From an uncultured delta proteobacterium (GTDB lineage: Bacteria; Myxococcota_A; Polyangia; Fen-1088), in the NCBI GenBank assembly GCA_963796685.1, contig CAWCMR010000008.1, forward strand, positions 576,001-640,000: a stretch of 64,000 nucleotides of DNA. Reading direction: 5' to 3'. Made by a program: the position numbers and the translations under genes. Each line of letters begins with the position of its first letter. Position 1 is the stretch's first letter. Of this stretch, positions 63,416 through 64,000 are shown piece after piece. The notes beneath the pieces are model-generated. The model saw only the letters and a program-made list of their open reading frames with translations, searched no databases and was not told the DNA's origin.

Positions 63416-64000
63416 ATGGATATGACCAGCCAAGAACCTCCAGAAACGCCCGCGCCTCTGCCATCGCCGCAGGCCCCGGTTCCCCCGGCGGCCCCAGCCA
63501 TCGCCAAGCAGGATTCCCTCCGCTTCGCCATCACCGCGCTATGTGTCGGCCTCTTGTGCCTGGGCGTCGTGTGGCGATTCATCGACCTCGACTACCCGCG
63601 AACCTTCAGCTTCGACGAGCACCATTTCGTCAGCAACGCGCGCAACTACATCGGCCACAGACCCGACTGGAACGACCATCCCCCGCTCGGCAAGCTGGTC
63701 CTCATCCCGGCCATGCTGATCTTCGGCGATCGGGGCCTCGGGTGGCGGCTGTCATCGGCGATCTTCGGCCTGGCCATGGTCGTCCTGGCCGGGCTTGCGG
63801 CGGCCAGGATCTTCGGCGACCGGCGGGTTGGGCTTCTGACCGCGACCTTTCTCGCCATCGACGGATTCTTCATCTCCTATGCCCGCACGGCGCTCATCGA
63901 CAACCCGCTGACGGCGTTCATCTACGCGGCCCTGGCCTTGATGCTGTGGGCGCGGTCGTTGCGCTGGTTCGCGGGCGCCGCGCTTTGCGTGGGCCTCGCG
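63416..64000 (+). CDS. GT39/PMT-type lipid-carrier-dependent protein O-glycosyltransferase (runs off window end; absent from ORF track)
   Basis: Manual translation: WRFIDLDYPRTFSFDEHHFVSNARNYIGHRPDWNDHPPLGKLVL...FGDRGLGWRLSSAIFG (FDE, DHPPLGK and GWR motifs). Confidence 0.85.
   Translation, partial: MDMTSQEPPETPAPLPSPQAPVPPAAPAIAKQDSLRFAITALCVGLLCLGVVWRFIDLDYPRTFSFDEHHFVSNARNYIGHRPDWNDHPPLGKLVLIPAMLIFGDRGLGWRLSSAIFGLAMVVLAGLAAARIFGDRRVGLLTATFLAIDGFFISYARTALIDNPLTAFIYAALALMLWARSLRWFAGAALCVGLA

Overview
GC-rich bacterial DNA. A MYXO-CTERM-like tail and Gly/Thr-linker lipoprotein CAZymes suggest Myxococcota/Polyangia, which is an inference. Positions 1-12.3 kb form a defence-island-like block: a NucS/DUF91-type nuclease, a coupled trio (divergent ECF-like sigma factor, small helical protein, IrrE-type metallopeptidase), a small HTH-like protein plus DUF3892, a HipA-like kinase + DUF3037 pair whose kinase is split by a complete ISL3 (18-bp IRs, 8-bp TSD), a second HEXXH protein and a type I R-M system. 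The middle holds lipid-modifying enzymes, Fe-S assembly genes, two Asp-to-Glu atypical response regulators, GH5/GH12 genes and fragments, an NHEJ cluster (Ku, DUF72, LigD with a dead internal ligase plus a separate intact ligase), enolase, the IscU-like/GGGtGRT pair, TauE and an L,D-transpeptidase-like gene. The most striking locus is 51.8-62.5 kb: a sigma28-like promoter precedes a ~2,865-aa signal-less protein built almost entirely of an 8-residue S/T-S/T-x-Q-[LIV]-[AG]-[AG]-L repeat, followed directly by a TPR-GT41 O-glycosyltransferase, with a GT39/PMT-type gene about 1 kb further on. Nine apparent single-base frameshifts, one of them in enolase, are most likely long-read sequencing errors. 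I saw no tRNA, rRNA or CRISPR array. All family assignments come from motif recognition by eye, not database searches.
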